Below, piece after piece: positions 20,195-29,475 of a stretch of 64,000 nt of DNA. This DNA comes from Candidatus Binataceae bacterium. GTDB lineage: Bacteria; Desulfobacterota; Binatia; Binatales; Binataceae. Every line of letters begins with the position of its first letter. The first letter of the stretch is position 1. The DNA is taken from NCBI GenBank assembly GCA_035500095.1, contig DATJXN010000022.1:34561-98560 (forward strand), written 5' to 3'. The notes under the pieces are model-generated. The model saw nothing but the letters and a program-made list of their open reading frames with translations, had not been told where the DNA came from and did not search any database. Position numbers and translations under genes: made by a program.

Positions 20195-21550
20195 CTAGCG
20201 ATGCCAGCCGATGCGCTCGGTCAACTCCGTGGGTAGCGCCCCGATTTTAATTCGCACCTGCTCGGTCGAGTCGCGATCGCGCAGCGTGACCGTGTCGTCT
20301 TCCATCGTCTGATGATCGATCGTGATCCCGAACGGCGTCCCCACTTCGTCCTGGCGGCGATAGCGCCGTCCGATCGAACCGGCCTGGTCGTAGGCGGCGG
20401 TGAAATGCCGCTTGAGCATTCGCAATACCTCCTGCGCCTTCTCCGGCTGCCCGCCCTTGCGCAGCAGCGGATAGACCGCAGCCTTGATCGGCGCAAGGCG
20501 CGGATCGAGCCGGAGCACGATCCGCTCTTCATTCTCGACCAGGTCTTCGTCGTAGGCGTCGAGCATAAAGGCGAGCGTCGCGCGGTCCACGCCGGCGGCC
20601 GGCTCGATCACCCACGGACGATAGCGCGCCTTGGCTTCCTCGTCGAAATAGGTCAGGTCCTTGCCGCTGTATTGGGCGTGCTGATCGAGGTCGAAGCTGC
20701 CGCGCTTGGCAATTCCTTCCAGCTCGCCCCAGCCGAACGGATACAGATATTCGACGTCGGTGGTGCCGCGCGAGTAGTGCGAAAGTTCGTCCTGCCCGTG
20801 CGGCCGCAACCTCAGATTCTCTGGCCGCACGCCGTGGCTCACGTACCAATCGAAGCGCTGCCCGACCCAGTAGTCGAACCATTGCGCCTCCTCGGCCGGA
20901 TCGGGCTTGACGAAAAACTCCATCTCCATCTGCTCGAATTCGCGCGTGCGAAAGATGAAATTACCGGGCGTGATTTCGTTGCGGAACGATTTGCCGGCTT
21001 GCGCGACGCCGAACGGCAGCTTGACCCGCTGGGTGTCGACGATGTTGGCGAAGTTCAGAAATATGCCCTGCGCGGTCTCGGGACGGAGGTACACGACGCT
21101 CGCGCTGTCCTCCACCGGACCCATGAAAGTCTTGAACATCAGGTTGAAGCTCCGCGCTTCGGTCAGTTCGCCGCCGCACTCGGGACATCGCCCGCCGCTG
21201 ACGTGGTCGGCGCGGAAGCGCTGCTTGCAGCTTTTGCAGTCAACCAGCGGGTCGCTGAAGCTCTGCAGATGGCCCGAAGCTTCCCAGGTGCGCGGATGCT
21301 GCAGGATGGCGCTGTCGAGGCCGACGACGTCGCTGCGCGTCGTCACCATCGCGCGCCACCAGGCCTCCTTGACGTTGCGCTTGATTTCGATGCCGAGCGG
21401 GCCATAGTCCCAGGTCGAACCGAGGCCGCCGTAAATCTCGCTGGCGGGGAAGACGATACCCCGGCGCTTGCAGAGATTGACCAGCTTTTCCATCGTGACC
21501 GCGCGCTTGGTGCTCGCGGGCGATGTTTCCTCGGTTTTCGGTACGGACAA
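20195..21550 (-). CDS. glyQS: Glycine--tRNA ligase (dimeric class II GlyQS type)
   Basis: MEKLVNLCKRRGIVFPASEIYGGLGSTWDYGPLG and class II motifs. TTG 21550 is preceded by AGGAGAG-N5. The track ORF extends to 21580. Confidence 0.9.
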   Translation of the reverse strand: MSVPKTEETSPASTKRAVTMEKLVNLCKRRGIVFPASEIYGGLGSTWDYGPLGIEIKRNVKEAWWRAMVTTRSDVVGLDSAILQHPRTWEASGHLQSFSDPLVDCKSCKQRFRADHVSGGRCPECGGELTEARSFNLMFKTFMGPVEDSASVVYLRPETAQGIFLNFANIVDTQRVKLPFGVAQAGKSFRNEITPGNFIFRTREFEQMEMEFFVKPDPAEEAQWFDYWVGQRFDWYVSHGVRPENLRLRPHGQDELSHYSRGTTDVEYLYPFGWGELEGIAKRGSFDLDQHAQYSGKDLTYFDEEAKARYRPWVIEPAAGVDRATLAFMLDAYDEDLVENEERIVLRLDPRLAPIKAAVYPLLRKGGQPEKAQEVLRMLKRHFTAAYDQAGSIGRRYRRQDEVGTPFGITIDHQTMEDDTVTLRDRDSTEQVRIKIGALPTELTERIGWHR

Positions 21551-21875
21551 ACGAAACTCTCCTGTGCAGAGTGTGCGCAACCCGCGATCGATCAGTTCAC
21601 TGCCATCCGGTCACTGCCGTCCGGCGGATTTCCCAAACCGGCGATTTCACGGGTGCTTCGAGCCTTCGCGCGATCCTGAAAAACGTACCATGCGCCTAGG
21701 GCGGCGGCAAATTTGCCCGCGGGCCGTCCAGAGACCGTGCCTCGCGCTCCTTCACCGCTTTGCAGGCCTATGTAATAACTTCGTTGCTGTATCGTTAGTA
21801 TTGCCGCGGAGAGCTTGAAACACGGCTGCGGTGCGGCAGGCCGGAAGAAGGACGACATACGGGGACCAGATTTCT

Positions 21876-22232
21876 ATGCGAAACCAGAGCTCGACATTCC
21901 ATCGCGGCGCACGATCCTTTCTCACGCTCGCGGCGCTTGCGATAGCGATCGTGGCCGCCGGATGCAGCCATCGCGTAGTCGCCAGCGCCGGCGAGCATAC
22001 GGTTAAAGTTTTCCCCGACCAGGCAACCTACGACAAGGTGGCCAAGATGAAATCCGAGGGCGGGGCGATGGGGATGCTGGGCGGAATCGGCGCCAACCTC
22101 GCGGCCAAAGAAGTTGACGATCAGACGCCAGTGCGGATTGTCACCAGCAACGAGGAAGGCAGCGTGGTCGAGGTAACGGACGGGCCCTTCAAGGGCGTCA
22201 CGGGCTTCGTCCCGCGGCAAAACGTGAACTGA
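21876..22232 (+). CDS. Hypothetical lipoprotein
   Basis: ATG 21876 gives MRNQSSTFHRGARSFLTLAALAIAIVAAGC with a lipobox. C-terminal SH3/KOW-like stretch GSVVEVTDGPFKGVTGFV. Confidence 0.55.
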   Translation: MRNQSSTFHRGARSFLTLAALAIAIVAAGCSHRVVASAGEHTVKVFPDQATYDKVAKMKSEGGAMGMLGGIGANLAAKEVDDQTPVRIVTSNEEGSVVEVTDGPFKGVTGFVPRQNVN

Positions 22233-22248
22233 GGCCGGTACGACGCGT

Positions 22249-22292
22249 GAGATGCCGGGCGGCGAGATGCGCGCCACGCCGCCCGGCATCTC
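22249..22292. terminator. Perfect 15-bp-stem hairpin between convergent genes
   Basis: GAGATGCCGGGCGGC (22249-22263) pairs with GCCGCCCGGCATCTC (22278-22292). It lies between the lipoprotein (+) and glnB (-) 3' ends. There is no clear U-tract. Confidence 0.45.
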
Positions 22293-22326
22293 ATGGGCTG
22301 TTGCCGCCGGGGCGGGCGGCCGGCGC

Positions 22327-22369
22327 GACATGGGGCGAGTCGGCAACGCATGCCGCCTCGCCCCATGTC
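22327..22369. terminator. Perfect 13-bp-stem hairpin between convergent genes
   Basis: GACATGGGGCGAG (22327-22339) pairs with CTCGCCCCATGTC (22357-22369). Confidence 0.45.
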
Positions 22370-22416
22370 GCCCCTGCTCGTAATCTCGTGCGAGCGCGCT
22401 ATCGCCGCCCGCGACG

Positions 22417-22917
<501 letters not shown>

Positions 22918-23075
22918 TTATGCACGGGGTTGGCCGCAATCATCAACTGAAGAAAGGGGGACGTAGCAATGGATGTGGTATGCGGCGGCATGTCTGCTGC
23001 CTTATGTGGCAGCCCCGTGTCTATTGTGAGGCTGGGTGAAGCCGCAGCCGGCGGTATCAACAACGAAGGGGCCAT

Positions 23076-23687
23076 TTAAGCGCCCGCCCCACCTTCGCTT
23101 GCGCTCTTGCCCCCGACCGTCGGCTCTTCGCCGCGGATCAAGCGGGCTATATTCTCGCGATGGCGCAGCAAAACGAGCGCCGTCATCACGATCGCCAATC
23201 CAACGTATGGGCGTGGCAGGCCCAGGATCGCGGCGGCAGGCGGCAGGACAACCGCCGCGCAAATCGAGGCCAGTGACACTATCCGCGAGAACGCGAACAC
23301 GATGGCGAACGCTACCAGCGCCACCAGGATCGGCAAGAGCGAGATCCCGAGCCAGATCCCGAGCGAGGCCGAGACTCCCTTGCCGCCGGCAAAGCGAAGG
23401 AAAACAGAGCTTATAGCGCCGATGAAGGCGCCGAGGCCGACGATCGCGACGGCCGCGGGCGGTAAACCCTCAATCCGTGCGAACACGACCGGAATCAGCC
23501 CCTTCACCAGGTCGCCAGCGAAAGTGATCGCGCCGGCCCCTCTGCCGCCGGCCCGCGCCACGTTGGTCATTCCGATGTTGCCGGAGCCGACCGCGCGCGG
23601 ATCGAAACCAAGGGCGCGGCCGACCAGTACGCCCACCGGGATCGATCCGAAGAGGTATGCGGCAATGAAAAGCAGCGCGATGCTCAA
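23076..23687 (-). CDS. plsY: Glycerol-3-phosphate acyltransferase PlsY
   Basis: 203 aa with LFGSIPVGVLVGRALGFDPRAVGSGNIGMTNV, the typical PlsY N-terminus. Polytopic membrane protein. Confidence 0.9.
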   Translation of the reverse strand: MSIALLFIAAYLFGSIPVGVLVGRALGFDPRAVGSGNIGMTNVARAGGRGAGAITFAGDLVKGLIPVVFARIEGLPPAAVAIVGLGAFIGAISSVFLRFAGGKGVSASLGIWLGISLLPILVALVAFAIVFAFSRIVSLASICAAVVLPPAAAILGLPRPYVGLAIVMTALVLLRHRENIARLIRGEEPTVGGKSASEGGAGA

Positions 23688-23716
23688 ACGGATGCGGCCT
23701 TTCGCGCGAAAGAAAA

Positions 23717-23794
23717 TGGTCGGGGTGACTGGATTTGAACCAGCGACTTCTGCGTCCCGAACGCAGCGCTCTAGCCAGGCTGAGCTACACCCCG
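23717..23794 (-). tRNA. tRNA-Pro (anticodon CGG), CCA encoded
   Basis: The reverse complement reads CGGGGTGTAGCTCAGCCTGGCTAGAGCGCTGCGTTCGGGACGCAGAAGTCGCTGGTTCAAATCCAGTCACCCCGACCA. It folds as a cloverleaf with a 7-bp acceptor stem, anticodon loop TTCGGGA and a TTCAAAT T-loop. Confidence 0.92.
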
Positions 23795-23863
23795 TGCGCC
23801 GGAGATTCTGAACCGGAACCTTCTTATAGCATCGCCGCGCGCGTCATTGCGAGCAGCGCTCGG

Positions 23864-24532
23864 TCAGGCGCGCGCCGCCCGCTCGCGCATCGCGGCGATC
23901 ATCTCGCGGTAATTTTCATGCCCGAAAATACCCGAACCCGAGACAAAAACGTTCGCGCCCGCCTCGGCCACCGCGCCGATATTGTCGATCTTGACGCCGC
24001 CGTCAACCTCGACGTCCACCTTGAGGCCGCGACGTTCGATCTCGCGCCGAACGGCGCGCAACTTATCCAGGCTCTCGACGATAAAGCCCTGGCCACCAAA
24101 GCCCGGATGCACGCTCATCACGAGGATCATATCGAGGTGCCCGGCGGCGGCGAGCACTCGCTCGACCGGCGTCTCCGGATTGATTGCAACCGAAGCGCGC
24201 GCGCCGAGTTCGTGGATGTGTGCGGCTATTCCGGGCAGGTCGTCGCAAACCTCCGCGTGCACCGAGATCGAGTTGGCGCCGGCCTCGACGAACGCCCTGA
24301 GATAGCGCGCGGGCTCGGAAATCATCAGGTGCGCGTCGAGCGGCAGCCGGGTTATCTTGCGGAGCGATTTCAGCACCGGCAGCCCGATCGAGAGGTTCGG
24401 CACGAAATGGCCGTCCATCACGTCGAAATGAATCAGGTCGGCGCCGGCATCCTCGACCCGGCGAATTTCCTCGCCCAGGCGCGCGAAGTCGGCGGACAGA
24501 ATCGAAGGCGCAATCTTGTGCTCGATTCCCAT
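23864..24532 (-). CDS. rpe: Ribulose-phosphate 3-epimerase
   Basis: IAPSILSADFARLGEEIRRVEDAGADLIHFDVMDGHFVPNLSIG. 222 aa. Confidence 0.95.
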   Translation of the reverse strand: MGIEHKIAPSILSADFARLGEEIRRVEDAGADLIHFDVMDGHFVPNLSIGLPVLKSLRKITRLPLDAHLMISEPARYLRAFVEAGANSISVHAEVCDDLPGIAAHIHELGARASVAINPETPVERVLAAAGHLDMILVMSVHPGFGGQGFIVESLDKLRAVRREIERRGLKVDVEVDGGVKIDNIGAVAEAGANVFVSGSGIFGHENYREMIAAMRERAARA

Positions 24533-24576
24533 GACCAGAGATTAGCGGCTCGGCCGCAGCGCGGCAAAACGCGCGT

Positions 24577-25986
24577 TCATCGCCGGCGCATCCGGGCAGC
24601 AAAAAACCCGTCAAGGCCGCCCCGCTCGGGACTGGTCGCCATCGTGCCGTCCCTCTGGAGCCAGGGCGCGAGCAGCGGCTCTTCGGGCCGTTCGAGCACG
24701 AATTCCGGATGCTTAGCGAGAAACCCTCGCACCACGCCCTGCCCTTCCTGCGGAGCGAGACTGCAGACCGCATAGACGATCACGCCGCCGGGGCGGACCA
24801 GCGCAGCCGCATTATCGAGCATCGCGCTCTGCAGCTCCGCCATCCGGCGAAGATCGTCCGCCCGAAGACGCCACCGTATTTCCGGATGCTCCCGCAGCGT
24901 GCCAATGCCGCTGCACGGCGCGTCGAGCAGGACGAAACCGGCAGATTCAGCGCGCAGAGGCGTTGCGGCGGCGACATCCGCATTGGCGAATACGATGTTG
25001 CGATGGACCAGCCGACGGGCGAGATCGCGCGCGGCCTTCAGCCCGCTAAGGTTCAAATCGAGCGCGATCACCCGTCCGCGCGCGTCCGCCAATTCCGCAA
25101 GATGGCTTGTTTTGCCGCCCGGCGCCGCGGCGCAATCGATTACCGTGGCGCCGGGTGAGGGCGCGAGCATCCGCGCGACCAGTTGCGAAGCCTCGGATTG
25201 CGGATGGAACAGGCCGGCGCGATACGACTCGGAATCAAAATCCGCGGCGCTTTCGAGGACCACGGTCTCGGGCAGACTGCCGCCCGAGCGTATTCCGATT
25301 CCATCGGCCGCCAACCGCGCGACGATCTCTTCGAGCCTCCCGCGCGTGAGATTAAGGCGCATCACATTGGGCGCCGCCTCGTTGTTGGCCGCCATTAGCG
25401 CCTCTGCCCGCGCCAAGCCGAACCATTCGATGAAGCTCGCCACCATCCATTGTGGATGCGAATATGCGATCGCCAGGAACCCGACCTCGTCCGGCGCCCG
25501 TTCCGGCATCGCTACGACCTCGCGCGCGGCGCGCCGCAGCACGGCGTTAACCAGGCCTCCGGCGCCGCGTCCCGACACCTCGCGCGCGAGCGACACGGCG
25601 GTGTCGACCGCGGCATGCGGAGGAACGCGGCTGAGATGGCGCAGCTGAAAAAGTCCGAGCCTCAGCGTGTTCAGCACCGCAGGCTCAAGCTTGTCGAGGG
25701 ACTGCTTGCATAGTTGCGCGAGCTCGTAATCGAGGCGTCCGCGCCAGGCGAGCGTGCCGAGCACCAGGCGCGTCAGCAGGCGGCGGTCGGGCGGGGCGAA
25801 AGCCGCGAGGCGATGGCCGAGCATCACGTCGGCGAAGGCGGCGTGAGTGTGGACGCGCACGAGGATTTCGAGCGCGGCGCGGCGCGTCAGCAGGCCGGCC
25901 GCCGTCGCGGGACCGGGCGCAGCGGCGGCCGGTGCATCAGCGCCGGCCGCCGCTGTGCGCGAACCGATGCGCGGACGGCGGGTCAT
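24577..25986 (-). CDS. rsmB: 16S rRNA (cytosine967-C5)-methyltransferase RsmB/Sun
   Basis: NusB-like N-domain. SAM motif DCAAAPGGKTSHLAE. Catalytic DAPCSGIGTLREHPE. Classic fmt-rsmB neighbourhood. Confidence 0.9.
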   Translation of the reverse strand: MTRRPRIGSRTAAAGADAPAAAAPGPATAAGLLTRRAALEILVRVHTHAAFADVMLGHRLAAFAPPDRRLLTRLVLGTLAWRGRLDYELAQLCKQSLDKLEPAVLNTLRLGLFQLRHLSRVPPHAAVDTAVSLAREVSGRGAGGLVNAVLRRAAREVVAMPERAPDEVGFLAIAYSHPQWMVASFIEWFGLARAEALMAANNEAAPNVMRLNLTRGRLEEIVARLAADGIGIRSGGSLPETVVLESAADFDSESYRAGLFHPQSEASQLVARMLAPSPGATVIDCAAAPGGKTSHLAELADARGRVIALDLNLSGLKAARDLARRLVHRNIVFANADVAAATPLRAESAGFVLLDAPCSGIGTLREHPEIRWRLRADDLRRMAELQSAMLDNAAALVRPGGVIVYAVCSLAPQEGQGVVRGFLAKHPEFVLERPEEPLLAPWLQRDGTMATSPERGGLDGFFAARMRRR

Positions 25987-26990
25987 CCCAGCCGCGCTCC
26001 CGCGACAACGCGCCGTCCGCGCAGGAATTCCGCCGCGCTCATGCGCTTGCGTCCCGTGGCCTGCACTTCGTCAAGCACGAGCCGGCCGCGCCCGCATTGC
26101 ACGACGACGTTCGGCTTGAGGCGCAATATCGTGCCGGGAGGAGACACCGAGAGAGTAGCGCCCGGCGCTGCCCAATCGTCCACCGCGGCGCGCCATATCA
26201 TCAATTCATCGCCGCCAAGACGCGTGCGCACGACCGGCCACGGATCGTACGCGCGCACCATCCGCTCGATCCGTACGGCATCGCCGCTCCAATCGACAAC
26301 GGCGTCGGCCTTGCTCACGGGCGAGGTATAGGTAGCCAGGCTTTCGTCCTGCGGCGTCTCGGCCAGGCTTCCGTGCCGGAGTTTCTGCAGCGCTTCGAGC
26401 AGCGCCGCCGCGCCCAGTTCCGCGAGCTTCTCTTTGAGCGTTCCCTGGGTCTCTCCTGGCGCGATTGGAATCGCTCGCGCGAGCAACATCGGACCCGCAT
26501 CCATCCTGCTGGTCACGCGCATGATCGTGACGCCGGTTTCCAGGTCGCCGGCGAGGATCGCACCCTCGATGGGCGAAGCGCCGCGATGGCGCGGCAGGAG
26601 CGAAGCGTGAAGATTGATCGGCATGATTCGCGGGGCTGCGAGGACCGGGTCGGGCAGGATTCGGCCGTAGGCCGCGATCACCAACAAATCGGGATTCCAG
26701 GCGCGGAGCTCGGAGAGGAATTCCGCTGTGCGAATCTTCGCCGGCTTGAGCAGTGGCAGCCCGCGCCGTTGCGCCGCTGCTCCGACCTCGCTCGGCTCGA
26801 GCCTGAGCCCGCGTCCGCGCGGCTGGTCGGGACGCGTGACCACGCCCACGATTTGGAAGCCGGCATCGGCGGCGCCGGCCAGCCGCTCCAGGACATGAGC
26901 CGCCAGCGCGGGCGTGCCCATGAACACGATTCGCAACGGTTTCGCGGAGTCGTCGATTTCAGATCCGCACGCTGGAGGGCCGCTGGCCAT
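25983..26990 (-). CDS. fmt: Methionyl-tRNA formyltransferase
   Basis: LRIVFMGTPALAAHVLERL, HASLLPRHRGASPI. Strong SD AAGGAGGG 8 nt upstream of ATG 26990, which lies inside the 3' end of def. Overlaps rsmB by 4 nt. Confidence 0.9.
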   Translation of the reverse strand: MASGPPACGSEIDDSAKPLRIVFMGTPALAAHVLERLAGAADAGFQIVGVVTRPDQPRGRGLRLEPSEVGAAAQRRGLPLLKPAKIRTAEFLSELRAWNPDLLVIAAYGRILPDPVLAAPRIMPINLHASLLPRHRGASPIEGAILAGDLETGVTIMRVTSRMDAGPMLLARAIPIAPGETQGTLKEKLAELGAAALLEALQKLRHGSLAETPQDESLATYTSPVSKADAVVDWSGDAVRIERMVRAYDPWPVVRTRLGGDELMIWRAAVDDWAAPGATLSVSPPGTILRLKPNVVVQCGRGRLVLDEVQATGRKRMSAAEFLRGRRVVAGARLG

Positions 26991-27501
26991 CAGCCTTGCC
27001 CTCCTTTATCAGTTTGGCGAGTTTGCGCCGGTACAGTTCGCGCTTGATCCGGCTGATGCGGTCGATGAAGAGCTTGCCGTCGAGATGGTCAATCTCGTGC
27101 TGCAGCGCGACCGCGAGCAGATCGTCGGCCTCGATCTCGAGCTCCTTCTCCTCCGGCGTCCATGCGCGCACCAACACCCGGGCGGCGCGCTTGACGTCGG
27201 CGGTATAATCGAGCACCGAAAGGCACCCCTCTTCCCAGACAATCGAGCCCTCGGCCTCGACGATTTTGGGATTGATGAGCCGCAGCAGCTTTTTGCCGGG
27301 GTTCTGATGGTCGGTGTCGAGCACCACCACGCGGCGCGAATCGCCGACCTGCGGCGCTGCCAGCCCCACGCCGGGCGCCGCGTACATCGTCTGCACCATG
27401 CTCTCGATGAAACCATTAAGGCCGCCGTCGATGTTGGCGACCGGCTTTGCCGGATCTTTGAGCGCGGGGTCGGGAAATTTGCGGATATTAAGCAGCGCCA
27501 T
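26959..27501 (-). CDS. def: Peptide deformylase
   Basis: MALLNIRKFPDPALK..., GVGLAAPQVG, EGCLS and QHEIDHLDG metal-binding motifs. Confidence 0.95.
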   Translation of the reverse strand: MALLNIRKFPDPALKDPAKPVANIDGGLNGFIESMVQTMYAAPGVGLAAPQVGDSRRVVVLDTDHQNPGKKLLRLINPKIVEAEGSIVWEEGCLSVLDYTADVKRAARVLVRAWTPEEKELEIEADDLLAVALQHEIDHLDGKLFIDRISRIKRELYRRKLAKLIKEGKADGQRPSSVRI

Positions 27502-27595
27502 CGTCAGTTCTTTGTCAGACCCGGCGGGTCACCAAAAAAAATCTATCAAAGGCTCCGGAACGCCGAAAGCATGCATGCCGCGCGCGTGCGGCGCG

Positions 27596-28522
27596 CTATC
27601 CGATAAATCCGTGCTTGCGCAGGTACGACTCCATCGCGCGGATACACTCCTCGGGGCGCTCGATCTGAAGAAAGTGCGTGGTATCGGCGATAGCTTCGTA
27701 TTCGACCGGCGTTTCCTCGGCAATCGCGCGCCCGATGAGCGCCGGCGTCTGCTTGTGCTCGTGTGCGGGGTCGCCGCAGATGAGCTTGCACGGCACCGGC
27801 AGGTTTTTCATCCGCGGCCATATCGTTGCGTCGCGATTGCTCTCGAAGATGTGCGCCTCGAGCTCGCGCGGACAGGCGAGGACCCAGTCGCCCGCGGCCT
27901 CGTCGCGCCTGAGCGTCGCCCGCGCCATCAATTCGTAAGCCTCGGGGCGCCAGAGCTTGAACTGCTGCACATGGGTAAAGAGCTCAGCCAGATCCTCCGG
28001 CGTCTTGTAGCGTTCGGTGCGGCGGCGCGCGCGCGCCGCGATCTGTCCCTCGTGAAATATCTGGACTTCCTGCAGCGGATGGCCCTCGCGCGGATGAATC
28101 GGCGGATCGAACAGCACCAGCGGGTCCCAGCGCCGGCCCATCTTCAGCGTATGCATCACCGCGGCCACGGCCGAAAGCGAATGAAACACGCCGGCCGCCG
28201 GCTTAGCGCCCCATCGCTCGCGGATCGCGTGCCATACGCGCTCGTCGTCCTGGATAAAACTCTTCCAGTTGTGATGGGCGGGATGATGCGGCGGATTCTG
28301 GCCGTGATTGCGAAAGTCGTAAACGATGACGTCGTAGCGATCGAGCAGCTGTCCCCAGAACGAAAAATAGCCGTCTATCGCGAGCCCGTTGCCGTGACTC
28401 AGCACAAGGCGCGGAGCGCCGGGCTTACCATGGCGGCGCACGCGTATGACGGCGCCGTCCTCCATTACCGCATCGAAGACCCCATGGGGCCGCGGGATGC
28501 TCACCTCTCCGGTTTTCGCCAT
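27596..28522 (-). CDS. Alpha/beta-fold hydrolase
   Basis: 308 aa. LVLSHGNGL (oxyanion region), nucleophile-elbow-like FHSLSA, C-terminal His region. Substrate unknown. Confidence 0.65.
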   Translation of the reverse strand: MAKTGEVSIPRPHGVFDAVMEDGAVIRVRRHGKPGAPRLVLSHGNGLAIDGYFSFWGQLLDRYDVIVYDFRNHGQNPPHHPAHHNWKSFIQDDERVWHAIRERWGAKPAAGVFHSLSAVAAVMHTLKMGRRWDPLVLFDPPIHPREGHPLQEVQIFHEGQIAARARRRTERYKTPEDLAELFTHVQQFKLWRPEAYELMARATLRRDEAAGDWVLACPRELEAHIFESNRDATIWPRMKNLPVPCKLICGDPAHEHKQTPALIGRAIAEETPVEYEAIADTTHFLQIERPEECIRAMESYLRKHGFIG

Positions 28523-28622
28523 CGTATAGCCAGTTTAGCAACTAAGCCGGACGATTTTCGCGATCTGCGCAGATTCATGTTTTGACATTGTCAACGTCGT
28601 TTATCGTGATTATGGTTTGTCT

Positions 28623-28958
28623 ATGGACAACGATACGGTTTTAGTCACCACGATGAACGATGTCCCCGGCTTCAAGATCGTCGCCGTTTATGGCGAGGTT
28701 TTCGGCCTTATCTGCCGGGCGCGCAATGCTTTTTCCAACATGGGCGCCGGTCTGCGCACAATCTTCGGCGGCGAGGTCGCGGGTTATACGCAATTGCTCT
28801 CCGACAGCCGCCAGCAGGCGATCGACCGCTTGCGCCTGGCCGCGGTGGAAAAGGGCGCGAACGCCGTGGTCGCGATGCGTTTCGATTGCAACGAGATCGG
28901 CAACATCATGAGCGAGATCGCGGCCTATGGCACGGCGGTGCGAATCGAAAAAGCCTGA
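28623..28958 (+). CDS. YbjQ/UPF0145 family protein
   Basis: VPGFKIVAVYGEVFGLICRARN...GGEVAGYTQLLSDSRQQAIDRL...GANAVVAMRFD, characteristic of YbjQ. ATG 28623 preferred over TTG 28617. Confidence 0.85.
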   Translation: MDNDTVLVTTMNDVPGFKIVAVYGEVFGLICRARNAFSNMGAGLRTIFGGEVAGYTQLLSDSRQQAIDRLRLAAVEKGANAVVAMRFDCNEIGNIMSEIAAYGTAVRIEKA

Positions 28959-29007
28959 AGCTGCGCGACTCGCACACAGCAATCTCTGCGTCGGTCGGCG
29001 TCTGCGG

Positions 29008-29388
29008 CTAATCGGTGCGCTCGGTGTGGAAGCCCTTCGAGCTGATCAGCCATTCGCCGTCAACTCGATGATAAGTGAGATGATCGACGTAGACGGTCTT
29101 GTTGATCCTTACACGAACCTTCACCAGCGCCTGGGTCGGCGACGCGAAGTCCATCAGTAAGATTTCTTCTTCGCGGGGCGCGCCCAGGGACTTTGGCGAC
29201 GGCCGCCCGGCTGTCAGCTCCTTGTAAGCCGAGGCCGTGTACATCGTCATCTTGCCGTCGCGAAGCCCGTGTAGTTGGGCGGTCGGGCGAAACACGCGAT
29301 CGAAGCGCGAGGTGTCGCCGTCATACATGAGATCGAAATAGCGCTGCACGGCGGCGGTCAGGGTCTCGATGCTGTTGTGGTCGATCAT
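29008..29388 (-). CDS. NTF2-like (SnoaL / putative lumazine-binding type) protein
   Basis: 126 aa from MIDHNSIETLTAAVQRYFDLMYDGD... to ...VDHLTYHRVDGEWLISSKGFH. NTF2-like pattern. The upstream 27 codons of the track ORF look non-coding. Confidence 0.55.
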   Translation of the reverse strand: MIDHNSIETLTAAVQRYFDLMYDGDTSRFDRVFRPTAQLHGLRDGKMTMYTASAYKELTAGRPSPKSLGAPREEEILLMDFASPTQALVKVRVRINKTVYVDHLTYHRVDGEWLISSKGFHTERTD

Positions 29389-29475
29389 GGGATTCTCCTG
29401 CGCTGGCGAACTGCCGTCATGGTCTAGCAAACGCGCGCCGCTCTTCACCAGCCGGGCGCGCGATCGCAAAAAACC

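Noticed and set aside
23717-23794. tRNA-Pro as a possible integration hotspot, together with the excisionase-like HTH at 39286.
   Set aside because: No integrase, recombinase, phage or conjugation genes, and no duplicated tRNA 3' fragment, are visible. The flanking genes are core housekeeping (plsY, rpe).
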